Shown: one piece after another, positions 24,031 to 38,000 of the stretch
How the letters are laid out: each line of letters opens with the position of its first letter
Numbering within the stretch: the first letter of the stretch is position 1
Origin: Paraspadella gotoi
Taxonomy: Eukaryota > Animalia > Chaetognatha
Direction of reading: 5' to 3'
Assembly: GCA_051294375.1 (NCBI GenBank)
Contig: JBJCIZ010000263.1
Location: forward strand, 1 to 64,000
DNA length: 64,000 nucleotides
Position numbers and translations under genes: made by a program
Notes under the pieces: generated by a model
What the model was told of the DNA's origin: nothing
Seen by the model: only the letters and a program-made list of their open reading frames with translations
The model's database searches: none

Positions 24031-27000
24031 ATGGCTTCTGCACCGGAGAACGATGGACCTTTTCAGGAAGAGGAGGAAGCAGTGGCTCCAACAGAATTTG
24101 CATCGCAGATGGAGACCCTCTTCCACACGTTTCAACGACTCCATGGTACAGCGGAAGAAACCGGATCTCCGCCAGATCGTATGTCCGCCAATAGCATGAG
24201 GGAGGCGTTAGAGGCAAAGCTTCAAATTGCTCAGCAGATAACCGCCAGCAGTGATTATGTACCAAACCCCTCTCTGACTTCGGCGATGGAGAGAACGCAG
24301 GAGATCCTCCAAACAATCCCCCGATATCCTGCGACAACCCTTACGCAGTTTTCTATTGACGGAATAGGAAACGTTCTGAATATACCTACTACCATTACGC
24401 AACAACCACTCCGCCCCTCCTCCCCCTTTGATGGCATGATTAACCCTAATTTGGGGAGAGCACTGGCACGAAGATCGAGTGGACGAAATACTCCAACGGT
24501 GGGGGGAGCAGCGACAGCTACGAGATTAGATGAACCTGTCGCATCTAGAACCAGGTCTTCCGTATCAACGGCTTCCCACCTTCGTACCGCTTTTTTAGAC
24601 CCTTCGACCATAGCTACGACAGGAAGGGAATCGATGTCGTGGGATCATTACCCCGACAGTCGTACTCCGTCGCACACACGGGCACTTCAACGGCCTCCGG
24701 CCTCGACACGAGGAACCACTGGAGGACCGCCAACTGCGACGACGACAACGTCAACGACGACAACGGCTTCTGAATCAACCTCGGCCTCGCAGCCGACAGT
24801 TTTTACGTCCACCTCTACCACTAAACCACAGGTTGTTTAAGAGACACTAAAAGGCAGAGGGAGATTGTGTACGAAAGTCTTAGCGACAAGCAGCTGAACA
24901 GCATCACATTCGAGTCAATACCGCTAAAACGAGTACTCCGCGAACAGGAGCGACTACAATATAACCGCGCTGCTCGGATAATATGCACTCGACGCAAGAA
25001 CGAATTAGCCCAGCAAGCTACTGACAACGAAGATCAACAACTAAGAGAGCTTGAAGCAGTTCGTACAAAGCGCCGACGGAAGAGTCAGCTGCCATTAGAT
25101 GCCACCGACTCGGCACGACCATTGCGTCTTCTAACGCTAATGCGCCGGGGAGAACTTTGAAATCTCACGGAAGGATTTGCGCCTCCCGCGGATCGTTCCG
25201 CCAGAGTAACCTTTTCGGCGCAAAACAGCCCGTCGGCTCGCACGTTACCTCCCTAGGCGAATGCCTCTCTGCCATTGAAGCCTTCACGCAACAGCAGAAC
25301 CAAGCTCAGGCAGAAGAGAGAGAACAAAGGCGCCGGGAGAGAGATCAAATGAGAGGATTTTGGATGAACAAAACCAAAAGAAAGAGCACGGATGGCTACA
25401 GTACTTCTCTGCACAAGAAAGAGAAAGAGATCGGATGGCGAGAACTCTAGCCGGAGATGGCTGCACAATGAAAGGATGAGGTTGAATCGGCGGGACAACC
25501 GCCGATGCAAGAGCAGCAACCGGTTACTCCTCAGAACCATCCGCCAGCATTTGAAACCCCTCCTGAACAAAGAATGCCGCCAGACAAAGTAGAGAACCAC
25601 ACCGGCGATTGGCGATCCGACAAGCAACGTCAAATACAAAGCTGATGACCTATATACGGCGGTTAGAACAAGAGTTGGCGAAGAAAGACGCCAGCCGCGC
25701 GACAGGGACACCTACAGCAGAAGGTGGGGGAGAAGCAATGGCAGCAGGATCGATACCTGAGGCCCCTCCTCGATTACCTGCCGCGCCAGCAGTCCCGCCC
25801 ACTGCTAACCCACAGTTTGAGAGATTATTATTCTAGTCAACCGAATCAACCATCCGAATGGTGAAGGATCTTCGCCCTGAGGAAGTCTTCATGAGCGAAG
25901 GACGCAAAAATAAGGTTGTTTTTGAAATCATATGCAACAATGGGAATCTGCAATGTCACAACCAGGCGTTACTGACCAGATGCGTCACCAAGAATTACGC
26001 TTCTGGTTTGGCGGTCTCGCAAAACTGAAATTCAGAAATATTTCCACCGACAAGATTAGCAGCAGCGTCACCGAAGCTATACACATGCTGCGAAAAGAGT
26101 TTGGCCGACCCGATGCTTCCCCTCAGAGATGCTTCGAGATTGCCTCGCTGCGGGAAAACCACCGAAGCGAACGACATCGATGGAGGCGAATACCCGGCTT
26201 GAGAACATCGTTGGGATTGCGGAAGCGAAAGGCGGATCCGCGATTTAAAAGAGATACGGTCATTGCGGAGATTCTTGAAACAAAGTTTCCCCAATGGAAA
26301 GGAAAATTCGCTGAGATCAACTCCGAGAGTTGTATTTATCAGGAAGGAAAAAGAACATTTACGAATTAATTGAATTCCTAAAAATGCACCTTAGCAGTAA
26401 AATCCGTTACTACAGGAAAAAGAAGTCGTCGACGGCTCCGGGTAGCAGCGGTTGTGGCATCCAGTAAAGCTCCACCCGCGATTCAAAACGTGGGGGCGCG
26501 CCCGGCCTTCCCAGAGATGAACAATCGAATGAATCTTTCGATTCCCTGGATGACTCCGATCCCACCCAACCACCTCCAAAGCCGAGAAGACGAAGACGAC
26601 GCAGAAGTAAAGAGCAACACCAAGGTTGGCTCCCCAACGCAACGAGCGAACTAGATACGGATGTGGTATGTTGTCGCTCAACAGGCAGTACCACAGGCAA
26701 ACCCTGTGGGCGCCTCAACCCATCCCGCCAACCTCTATCACCCAGTCACAGGCGCAACCACCTATGACATCAACGCTAAACCCGGCGAGAGCGCCAATGT
26801 TTAACATCGCCCCTGCTCGACCAACCACACCGCATTGTCATTTCTGTGGTCAAAACCATATGGTATGGGATTGTGCAGGGTATCAGGCTCTTGAGGTTCA
26901 GGCAAGAGCTGATATGATTTTGGGGTAGAAGAATTTGTTTCAAATGCCTGAACGGAGAACCACCTAGCTAGCAAATGCAGGTTTGGAGTTCCATGCCTTT

Positions 27001-28988
27001 ATGTAGAGGCAATCATCATCAAACGTTTACATGGGTATGCGCGGTAAACAGACCGACTTTAATCCTACGACAAATACGCAATATCAGCCGACGACGTTTG
27101 CACAGCCACCTACTTACGCAACCCCCGCCTTCACCCCTCCCTCTGCCCCCTCTTATACCCCTTCGCCCATGCCCCAGCCCCTCTACCAGGTGCCGGTGGC
27201 GGCGAACACTACAGCAACGACGGTGAACGGTGGTACCTTTGATCCAAATCAAACGATCCCCATGANNNNNNNNNNATCGATGTGTCTTAAAACAAAACAT
27301 TGCTGATGAATTAAAACTAGATGTAACCCATATTCCCATGAGAATCAGGACCCTCGATAGCGATCAAACAATGCATCGGGATGTGGCCGATTTCAATGTG
27401 GAACCGCTTGATGGAACTTTTTCCATTTCCGTCCACCGCGCGATTGTGGGAAAACTGCNNNNNNNNNNNNNNNNNNNNNNNNNNNNNNNNNNNNNNNNNN
27501 NNNNNNNNNNNNNNNNNNNNNNNNNNNNNNNNNNNNNNNNNNNNNNNNNNNNNNNNNNNNNNNNNNNNNNNNNNNNNNNNNNNNNNNNNNNNNNNNNNNN
27601 NNNNNNNNNNNNNNNNNNNNCCAATCTCCCTGACAAGGAGGTTGGAATGCTCCTCCCAGCGGGATTTGCCTATACTTGGATCGGCGGTGAAGTACGACGT
27701 GGCGCTGCAGATCAGCCAATCGCACTCATGACCGACTTTGGTTGGACCCTCGTTGGTCCGCGGCCTGGTACGGACGGGAGTGATGTCCACTGTGCCCGTA
27801 TCACTGCGGAGTACATAGAGGAAGATGAGAGAAAAATCCAAGAAGATATTCGACGCTTATTTCATCGTGACTTTGTTCCGGCGCCAAGTGCAACAAAGCT
27901 TCCATCTGTTGAAGATGAGTACGCCGTGAAACAATTGGAATCAACCANNNNNNNNNNNNNNNNNNNNNNNNNNNNNNNNNNNNNNNNNNNNNNNNNNNNN
28001 NNNNNNNNNNNNNNNNNNNNNNNNNNNNNNNNNNNNNNNNNNNNNNNNNNNNNNNNNNNNNNNNNNNNNNNNNNNNNNNNNNNNNNNNNNNNNNNNNNNN
28101 NNNNNNNNNNNNNNNNNNNNNNNNNNNNNNNNNNNNNNNNNNNNNNNNNNNNNNNNNNNNNNNNNNNNNNNNNNNNNNNNNNNNNNNNNNNNNNNNNNNN
28201 NNNCGTCAACAAGATCTCAAAGAAGAAACCGATTTGGACCCTTCCACTTCACGTAGTAGTACGACATGATAAAAACAAAGTACGTATTTGTCATGATGCA
28301 CGCGCAAGCGTGAAAGGTAAATCTCTCAATGACGAGTTGTTGACTGNNNNNNNNNNNNNNNNNNNNNNNNNNNNNNNNNNNNNNNNNNNNNNNNNNNNNN
28401 NNNNNNNNNNNNNNNNNNNNNNNNNNNNNNNNNNNNNNNNNNNNNNNNNNNNNNNNNNNNNNNNNNNNNNNNNNNNNNNNNNNNNNNNNNNNNNNNNNNN
28501 NNNNNNNNNNNNNNNNNNNNNNNNNNNNNNNNNNNNNNNNNNNNNNNNNNNNNNNNNNNNNNNNNNNNNNNNNNNNNNNNNNNNNNNNNNNNNNNNNNNN
28601 NNNNNNNAATGCCCGACGAAGAAACCGCTCGCGAGATTAAGAAGGGCCTGACTGAAGCTCTTCGCCGCGGCGGGTTCGAGTTGACGAAATGGAAATGCTC
28701 TGTGCCAAGTGTTCTGGAAGACGAACCTGATCAAGCGACGGACACAACGAAAACGTTTACTGATGGAAACGATAATGACGTGAAAGACGAACGACCCCGA
28801 GATAAAGTATTGGGTGTTGCATTTTCATTTTTTGATGATTATTTTTCCCCATGCATTAATCAGGAAAAAGTGTTAAAACGTTGTATTACAAAAAGACAAA
28901 TTTTGTCTCTTACCGCCAGCCTGTACGATCCACTGGGCATCGTTTCGCCGTTTACGCTGAAAGGACGCAATTACTTCCAGCGCGCGAA
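24031..28988 (+). CDS. gag: BEL/Pao gag and N-terminal pol (PR, RT), gapped (copy B)
   Basis: MASAPENDGP... start; low-complexity and coiled-coil N-terminus; DUF1759-like capsid region (MQQWESAM...ELRFWFGGLA); Zn knuckles; RT segments between N gaps, ending SLYDPLGIVSPFTLKGR. Confidence 0.9.
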
Positions 28989-29000
28989 AAGAGAGGAGAA

Positions 29001-30023
29001 TGCCGTCGTCAGAACTTCAGAGTTGAGGGTTATTTTTGTCAGGCAGTATCAATGTTTGTAATTGAGAGAAACCAAATCTTTCCCACACTCCTCCCCATGG
29101 GCAGGGAGGGAGGGCCAAATCAGCCATTCGACTTACCGTACTACTATCATTTTTTTTATGCACTTGCTCCTCTCTTCCATTTTTTCACTGCCGCTTTCCA
29201 ACTCTGAATCCGCCCCCGTAAGTTGGTTCCTTATCACTGAAAATTTTTTTCGATCCCAGGGCGATTATAAGAGTATCATAAAGGATGAAGATGCAATAAA
29301 TCGTGGTAGAACTTCTAGATGGATAGCCCTTGATTAAACACGTATACAAAGCTACCCAACGTTTGGCACTGGCCCCGGCCACTCATGCACGACGTGAAAT
29401 GGCCAAAGATGTCGACGGCCACTGCGAGAATGTTCTCCAATCGTCAGACAGGTCCTCGGGTATGTCGGCCTATCTTTTGCATCGCGGGGGTCGGAAATTC
29501 TTTTTAGACAACTGACGCATCGTTTAATGACGGACCTCGCAACCCTTGCGCATTGAAGGAATATGAAATCCGGCGCCGGATGTTTGCGAGTACGTGTTCA
29601 ACGCCAGTGCGCTTCTTGCTCGTGAAATGGCGGATGTAATCTCGTACAATTTGATCATTTTTTGGTAAAGCGACAATTGGATGTCGCGTTTCATCAGGCT
29701 AAATCTCTTGTTTCCTCAATCGGTCTCAGTAAATTTGATATATTTGATTCGTCGCGGAAGACGTCATGAAATGGGTGAGCTTGGCGCAGTGGGGAATCGT
29801 GATCTGCATTAAACTCAGATCTATGCATTCCTCCGAGAGCGAAACATTTATTTAATCCTCTCAAAAGTGTGTGCGGGTACTCACTGTCTGGAAAAAAATA
29901 CCAGAAGCTGCAAGCGCATCGAATATCCATTGAGGAGATAATTTTCTGCATCTTTAAAAAATCTTTAAATCAGCCATTTTATCCTTTATTGGTCTATGTT
30001 CAAATCTGCGTCTTGGCGCAATG
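29001..30023 (-). mobile_element. BEL/Pao integrase fragment, noisy
   Basis: Reverse complement of ~19430-20400 (SAKRWVALYTCL, gaagttctgacgacggc). Confidence 0.85.
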
Positions 30024-30024
30024 A

Positions 30025-32009
30025 AATTTACTCCAAATTACAATCCATCATTTGTCCATCTCTTTCTACCACTGAAAAGAATCGTTTTGAGCCTTCGTCT
30101 TTTATATCTTTAATCTCGGTCACAATGAAACGCGTCCCTTATTTTAAACGACATTTTTACGGTCAATTTTTTTTGCTATGGTCGTCTCAACGTTTGGCAG
30201 GAAATCTCGATACAAATTAATCAATTGTGGTTTCATGGATCGAATCAGAACTTTAATCGTTCCGTTTACGAAACTTCAGTATTCCTACGAATTCTTGTTA
30301 AACAAGTGATTTTGTATGTGTTTATTCGTGTTATTTCCCTCAATAAAAGATGCGTTTTCTAGAACTCTTTGTACGTACATTTTGGAATCGGACGATGCTA
30401 TGGAACGTTTAGTCATCCGAGCAGGGCGAGAAGATAGATTACTTCATACAGTAGAAATAACAGAATGAAACTGCTTTCGCGGATATATTCCGTTCGAATT
30501 TTTAAAACAGAAAAATGACGACATCAAAAGATTCTCACTGCGTCATCGATTGAACACGTATCAAATATGAAGATATAACTGCTTATCATTAAAAAGTTGT
30601 CGCCGCTAAATTTTTAATATTTCTCCGTTAACACATTTATTCGAACAGTGTTTACAATGGTGATTGTGGAAAAAGAGAGATTTACTTTGTTTCTTTTTTG
30701 GTCCCTGAAAAAAATAAAGGCTCTATGAATGCGAAACAAGGACTAAAGAATCGCCAACGAAATCATTAGAAAAGAATTGAGAGACGATTGTGTAAACACC
30801 TTTGAAAAAATTCAATTTCCTGCGTGAACCACTGTGCTCCATTCAATATGAGGCGGCAATGGAAAAGAGATTAAATGGCAAGACTGGCGGTCTCAAATTG
30901 ATAAATTGATAAGAAGACGAATTTTAATCTCTAGCTATAAATATCATGAGCCATGCGCCGTATACAAGTACAGAATCTGCAATCCGTTTTAACGAAAAAA
31001 ACATGTTGATTCTAGAGCGGATTCGGTTCAGTTCATCGCCTCCTGTCACTTTTTCGAACGCACAAGGCCCACATCTAAACGATGGGGAGGAGACAAAGTC
31101 GAAAACGAATGGGAGGAGAAATCTACTTCCGTCTCTTTAGCTTTCAACGATTCCCCAAAGAAGCCCGAAAAATCATTACAACGAATTTTAAGCGAATTGA
31201 GAACAACACAACGAGGCCGTTGTAACAGCCGTCTTCCTACTATTCTTCGCGCGACATGTGAGAACTCTTCTCATCCTTTACTAGTCAGTTTGGACTACGA
31301 TCTTGCCGTCTGCTTTTAGATTTTCGTAGTTTAGCACGTCGGAGAAAGGTAACTAAAATTAGCATGAATCAAACAGATTGTGACACTTTCAATGTTCCTG
31401 AGAACCAGGTCACGTGCCCGGCCTTATGCGAATCCTAAAGAGTCGGTGGCGAGCTCTGATATTTGTGATGCCGGCACCAACTCTACTCTCCCATGACAAC
31501 TTCATTGCGTACCAGTGACGAGAACTCGTGCAGTTTCAAATTGCCGGAAAAGACTTTGAAATGCGAATCTGATGACTCAACCTAAGATTGGTGTCACAGG
31601 ATAACATCGATGCACGACGAGCCTCCCATAAACTGAGAAATCTGATAGAGTGTAATACATGAGTTTATTATACATATGAATTCCTATAGGATTGAAACCA
31701 AAAAGATGAAAAAAAAATGAATAAGTGAAAGGAAATGTTTTCTTTGTTTATATTAAAACTATCGTTTAATAGCAATGAAATGAATTTTATACACGTTTGC
31801 CTCACGCTTCATTGAATTGATTATCTAATTTACTGTGGTTTTTTTATTTTTGCGTGATATATTTTAGACTCGTCTTTAATTTTTGTCAATGTTTTATATT
31901 GACAGATGGGGGAGCAAAGAAGTTTTGCCTGATACTTTAATATCTGTTTATCTTCTAGTCACATGACGCGTCCTTATTTTAAGATTTATTTATGGTCAAT
32001 TTTTTGCTC
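30025..32009. other. Unidentified ~2-kb non-BEL segment bounded by ~90-bp direct repeats, interrupting a BEL pol copy
   Basis: gtcac.atga..cgcgtcc.ttattttaa...ggtcaatttttt.gct occurs at both ~30084-30177 and ~31922-32008. Confidence 0.55.
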
Positions 32010-35000
32010 TGGGACATTCTAACGATAAATATTGACCGGCCGTAGCCATCATGGCTGGCATCACGAAAATACATGAGCTCCGCGGGATCGTTGTGTTTCT
32101 TGCTGTGCATCCATCGCGGGAGCTTGATGGACTCCATTCTGGCATTGTGTTACGCCAGGTTTGAAAGTCCTGATGAGATCATCTGGCAGCGTGGAATTCC
32201 ACAGTGCCGCTGATTGCTTATCGTTCGAGNNNNNNNNNNNNNNNNNNNNNNNNNCTTGATTTTGTGGTACAGTTTCTGCGATACACTACTACACCATAGC
32301 CATCATGGCTGGCATCAGAAAATACATGCAGTTCCGCGGGATCTTCTGTTGTTTCTCTTGTGGCGATCCATCGCGGCAAGCTTGATGGACTCCAGTTCTG
32401 GCACTGTATTCGCCAGGTGTTGAAAGTCCTGTACGAGGTCATCCGGAAGAGGTGAATCCCCAGTCCGTTGATCGCTTCATTTCGCAGCGTTGAAAGTAAT
32501 TACGTCCTTTCATGTAAATGGTGAGAAATCCCAATGGTCGTACAAGCTGCTCGTTAGGGATAGAAAATTTGTCTTTTATGATGCAACGTTTCATGACTTA
32601 TATCTGGTTACACAAGGGGAAAATAATCATCAAAATGATAGAAAGCAACACCCAATACTTTATTCTCTTGGGCGCTCATCTTTGGTGTGCGTCGTCATTT
32701 CCATTGTAAGGTCTAATCTCTTCTCACCGATGCTCTCGTGATTGTCCGCTTCGCTCATCTCTCTCAGCCACAGGGAACTGAAATTCGCAAAAATTATGTT
32801 CCAACTTCGAAAGGCGCCACAAAGCGGAGGGCTTCGACAGAAGGACCCTTCTTACAAACTCACGCGCCCAGTTTCTCCATTTGGGGTAGAACGAGGAAAT
32901 CATCGCATAGAACTGTCGGATAATGGCTTCGACGAACATTCCATTGGAAGCTTTCCGCATTCCCAACGTCTTTTGCGTGAGTCTTGAGGTGCTAATTTGC
33001 GACAACGGTGAAACTCTTTGCGGCCTAAAAATGTAGCACTCTACAGTTCCGAAGAGAACAGTTTGCGTTACAAGTATGCATCCGCTCGTACCACGCAATA
33101 AACGAAAGCAATGATATCAATTTTCATCGACAAATACTTGATGGAAGAAGCGCGCGGTATCCGCGGCCAGCTGCGCCACTATGACGATACGAAATCGGAG
33201 ATAACAGCCCAGCATATTCGTACAATGTAGTCGGGTCCAGTGAAGTTAATTGCGTCATTAAAACATTTACCTCTCACGTTGCACGTGACGTCGTGGCAAT
33301 TCGTACTTTGTCTTTGTCTCGTGTAGCGACAACGTGACGGGAAAGGTTTTCCAGATTGGTTTATGCGGGGGGACATCGTCTGGTGTCAACTCTACGAGCA
33401 ATTGGACCTTCCTTCGAACAGAATTTTTTTCATTTTCTTCATTTACCGCTTTTTTTAAGTCAGCAGGGATATCTATTGAGTTTTCGGATAAGAGATGTTA
33501 AACCGGTTTTAAAATGCCATTGTTGGCAGAAAATCTCTACTATTCAATATTCTGCTCGCCTTTTCCCTACCTCTCATTGGCCAGGGTAAACCGACCGAAA
33601 ATAAATGACCTTCTTTCTCGTCAAATCGTATGTGGTCTTCAAGTTGTTTTATCCGGCGTATTCGTCTTTCAAGCCGCTGACGCAGCTTCTTAGCACTAAG
33701 GCGCCGGGACGAAATCGGCGGATGAAAACAGACGTCGAGATGTCTTCTTGGATTTTCTTCTCATCTTCTTCGAACATATGTCCGCTGTTATGCGGGCACA
33801 ATGTATATCATCTTGCTGCTCATACCGGGCCGCGGATCAGCTAACAAGCGTCCAGAGCCAAAAATCGGTCATTAATGCAATCTGGCTGATCTGCGGGGCC
33901 ACGTCGAACTTACGCCGCCTATCCGTATAAGCGAACCCTGCTGGGAGGAGCAGTCCAACCTCCTTGTCTGGGAGGTTGGGAAGGAAACCGCCTTACTAGG
34001 TGTGTGAGTTTTTCGCGGCCACATCTTCAATGAAGGGGGAGGTCATCCTTCGCGACGTCAAGCAGTTTTCCCACTAATTGCGCGGCGTACAGAAAGTGAG
34101 AAAGTTCATGCGAGTGGTTCCGACATTGAATCGGTCACTTCTCGATGATCGTCTGGTCGCAATCGAGGGTCCTGATTCTCATGGGAATACGCATTACGTC
34201 TAATTTTAATTCGTCCCAAGCCGATATAAATTTTTCTTTTCAAAAACACACCAATCGATTACAATCCTGAGTCTATCATGGCGTAACGTGTGCGCTTGCG
34301 TCCGCGCCGATTTCTCGACGAACCGGCAACAACTGGACGAAAGGTCGACCGCCTGGGGCGGACGCAACCGGCCAGGTCGCAAGCCTTGAGGTCGGCCGTC
34401 ACCATGCCGCCACCGGAGGAGGAGGTGGACGCTAAAACTTATAGGAATTGTCCTGATTCAGATCCGGTAATTCCGCTATTACACCGTCGATGTGATGTGG
34501 CCGCGCTTGGCGCTGATAGAGGGGCCTGGGGCATTGAACGCAGGGGAGGTAAAGAAGGACAGTAGGATGGGGAAAGCGGGAGGTGCATAATGGGGGTTGT
34601 ACATATGTGTCGTTTGTTGGCTGATATTGTCGTATTTGTATATGGGGGGGTGGATTGGATCGACGCGCACTGGCGCCATCCCATTAAGTCGGTGATGGTT
34701 ACTCTACAGTAAAGAGCACAAAGACCCAAACCTAACATTTACTCGCTAAAATGGTTACCAATTCCAAACATTTAAAACAAATCTTCTGGCCTAGAATAGA
34801 TCAGCTCTTGCCTGGATTCCAAGCCGCTAAGTATCCGCGCACATTCCCAAACCATGTGAGCTTAGGCCGCAGAAGTGACAATGCTGGTCGTTGCAGGCCG
34901 GACCGGCCAGTTGCATGCGTAATTGGGGTCCCTGGATTCTTGTTGGATGCAATGGACTGTGTCTGTGTCGCCCGAAATCTGCGTCGACTGAACAGATTGT

Positions 35001-38000
35001 GGCAAACATAAGGTTCTTCGCTGCCTGGTGGTTTGGCTTGCTGTGCTGCGACATAAGCCGCAACCAGTATCCACTGTGGGCCGGCAAGAGGCCGATCTGC
35101 ACTTGTTCCTTGCTCCGGTCGTCGTCTTCGTCTTTCCGGTTTTGGGGTGGCTGTGTGGTCGGCTATGCGTCCAGACAGGAGTCAAATGATATCAGTTAGA
35201 TTTGATTCTCCACCTGGAATTCGGAAGGGCCCCCACCCGTTATTGCATCGCGGGGGGGCAATTCAATTGCTATCAACGCGCTACCCGAGGCCAGTTGACG
35301 TTTTCTTTTTTTGTAGTATAACGGACCTTAAACCGCTTAAAAGCGTGTATTTTTAAAAAATTGATAAATCAGTAGATTGTTCTTTTTCGGGTTGGTCAGC
35401 ATACAAACATTGCGTTTCCTCTGCAAATTTTTTCTTTCCACTGAGGAATTTTGTTTCTAGGATCTCGGCAATACCGTATCCCTGTTCAAATTCACGAATA
35501 CGACCTTGCCTCTGCTATCCCTCAATTTTCTCCAACCGGGTAATTGTCTCGTCATATCAGGTAGCTTCGTCACTTACCTCCAGCAAGACAATCTCGCAGG
35601 CATTTCATGACAGGATGAAGCGTTCCGTCGACGAACTTCGTCGTAACATTTCTATCGCTTCGGAGACCGCCAGCGCATAATTCAACGACGCGTGAAAATA
35701 TTTCTGTAACTTTAACCTTGCAAGGCCTCCAAATCCAAAAGCGTAATTCTTTGATGCCGCATTTGCGTCCGGTAACGCCAGGTTGTGACATCACCGATTC
35801 CATTGTTGCATTGATGGATCTCAACACCACTTTGTTTTTGAATCCTCACTTCATGAAGAACCTCCTCTGGGCGGAGGTGCTCTTTCAACATCCGAATCGT
35901 TTAGATTCAGCCGATTGCGAAAATAGAATATCTTCAAACTGAGGATTAGCCATAGGTATGAGTCCGCCAGTGTAACGGGAGGTTGGGGAGAAAAATCCTG
36001 GCAGCCGTTCCTGGCTTCAGCTAGACCTCCCCCCACCTTGTACTGTCGGGGTCGGCATTTGATACGGACTGCGTCTCTCATCGCCGAGCTCTTGTTCTAA
36101 CCGGCGGATCGTGCTCAGGTTAATTTTTATGTGGAGTTGAGTCATTGGGGACATTGCGGCGGCGGCTCCGCACTTTGTCTAGGGAGGCATTGATTCATGT
36201 AGGGCGTGCGTCAAACGCGATTGTTTCACGGCGGTGGCACTGTGGCGGCGGTGAGCGGTTTCCTGCCGATTGAGGGGGTGATCCTCTCTACCGCCGTGGC
36301 TACCTGATTGAGAGTCATCGCCATCCGTTGTTCTCTCTCTCTTTTCAAGAAAATTTGTGTCATCGTTCTCTTTCTTGATTTCTGTTCATTGAGGATCCTA
36401 ATATCTGCTCTTTCTCACGACGTCTCTCTTCTCTCTCTGCTTACTAGCACCTGATTTTGTCGTTAGCTAAAGGTTTCAATGCGAAAGACATTCGCCAGAA
36501 ATAACTGCGACGCCGACGGGCTGTTTTGCGCTGAGAAAGTGGACTTGACCGACGATCAGCTGGGGGTACAAATCCTTCCGCTTTGGCTCTCAGAGCTCTC
36601 CCTCGGCGCCATGGCATCGTCGTTGCAATGGTCGTGCTAAAGTCGCTGCTGCCTCATAGCGGCATCGGACTCATGCCGTCGGCCGGCCTCACGATTTACT
36701 CCCTCTAGAGCTCTTAATTCTGCATGTCCTCTGCAGCCGGCTGTTTTTACCGCTGAGAACTATTGCCGTCTTTCCGCTCGCCTGCTCCGCTATCCGAGCT
36801 GCGCGGTTCCCGCTGAATTCGTTCCAGTTCTGGGAATATTCTTCCTCCTGCAGTGTCTTACTCTCGTTGTGTGTAGCTCAAAAGCTCGTCTGTAGCACTT
36901 CCTCCCTCCTCTCCTGTCTGCTGTAAGACTAACGAGGTAGGAATTGTAATCTAATAAAGACTGACGCGTTCGGCACGTTCGGAGGGCCGTGCGTCCATCC
37001 TATCGGCATTGTTTTATGGTCGTCGACCAGCTCGATGTTGTGCTGCTGCGCGCTGCTTCTGCGCTTCGTCTGCCTGTGTTGACGGTCGGAGGGTTTCTGT
37101 AATGCAACAGTATTGCGTGGCGCTGTGAGGTTGCCAGCGGATATGATCCCACGACATTGATCTCGTTCCAGCTTTTAGTCTATCGTTTGGAAGGGTCAAG
37201 CGAAAAGCTGTAGTTGGTATGCGGAACTGTTTGACGCAGAAATCGGGTCTTCTAGATGCAATTGGTTCATCATCCAAAACCGCCATAGCCCCCCCAACCG
37301 TCAGGGAGTGTTATCCGTCCACCCCATCCCAATCGTATCGTACAGATCTCGAAGTTGGGGCGCATCAATCACCTCCAAAGGGGGAAGGGGTTTATCGGCG
37401 TGGCTGATCTACAATATCTGGTCGGTATGCTTCAAAACGTTATCCAACTTCTTCGGTGTAAATTCGCTGTCTGAGGGTCGTGGTTGCCGAGGCTATCGCA
37501 TTCGCATGATTCTCTCAGGAGACCCTCCCTGGTCCGTACCATACGTGACCGGGTCAGACAAACCTGTGGGAGCTGCCTTGGTCACTCATTGTCCGCGCCC
37601 AACTGCCCCTAGGCGGTATATCCTGTGCGGCTTGGGGAACAAGCCGGCCCACCGACGGGCCCGTCAAGGCGTGCCCGCCAGGGTGGCGGAGAGGGCTGCG
37701 CGTGCAGGACCACGCCTACGGCACTCGACCCGGCGCGCGCGAAAAGCCAGAGGGGCGGCGGCGCCGCGGCGGGTGCGGGAAAAGACGCGACATGCAGCGA
37801 GACGCGCAGGCGGACGACACAGCGGAGAGAGGAAAGGCGGGCGCCCGCCACAACAAAAACGCCGGGCCCGGAGGGCGCCACGCGCCGCCGCGGCCGGACC
37901 GCCCCGGGAAGGGGCCACCAGGGTCGCGGGCGCAAGCGCTGGTGCGAACAGCACACGGTTAGGAAGTGGGAAGCAGCCGCCCAAAGGTAAACAAATGAGA

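Noticed and set aside
32010-32490. Biological tandem duplication of the RNase H segment
   Set aside because: The two copies flank a 25-N gap, consistent with overlapping gap-fill ends.
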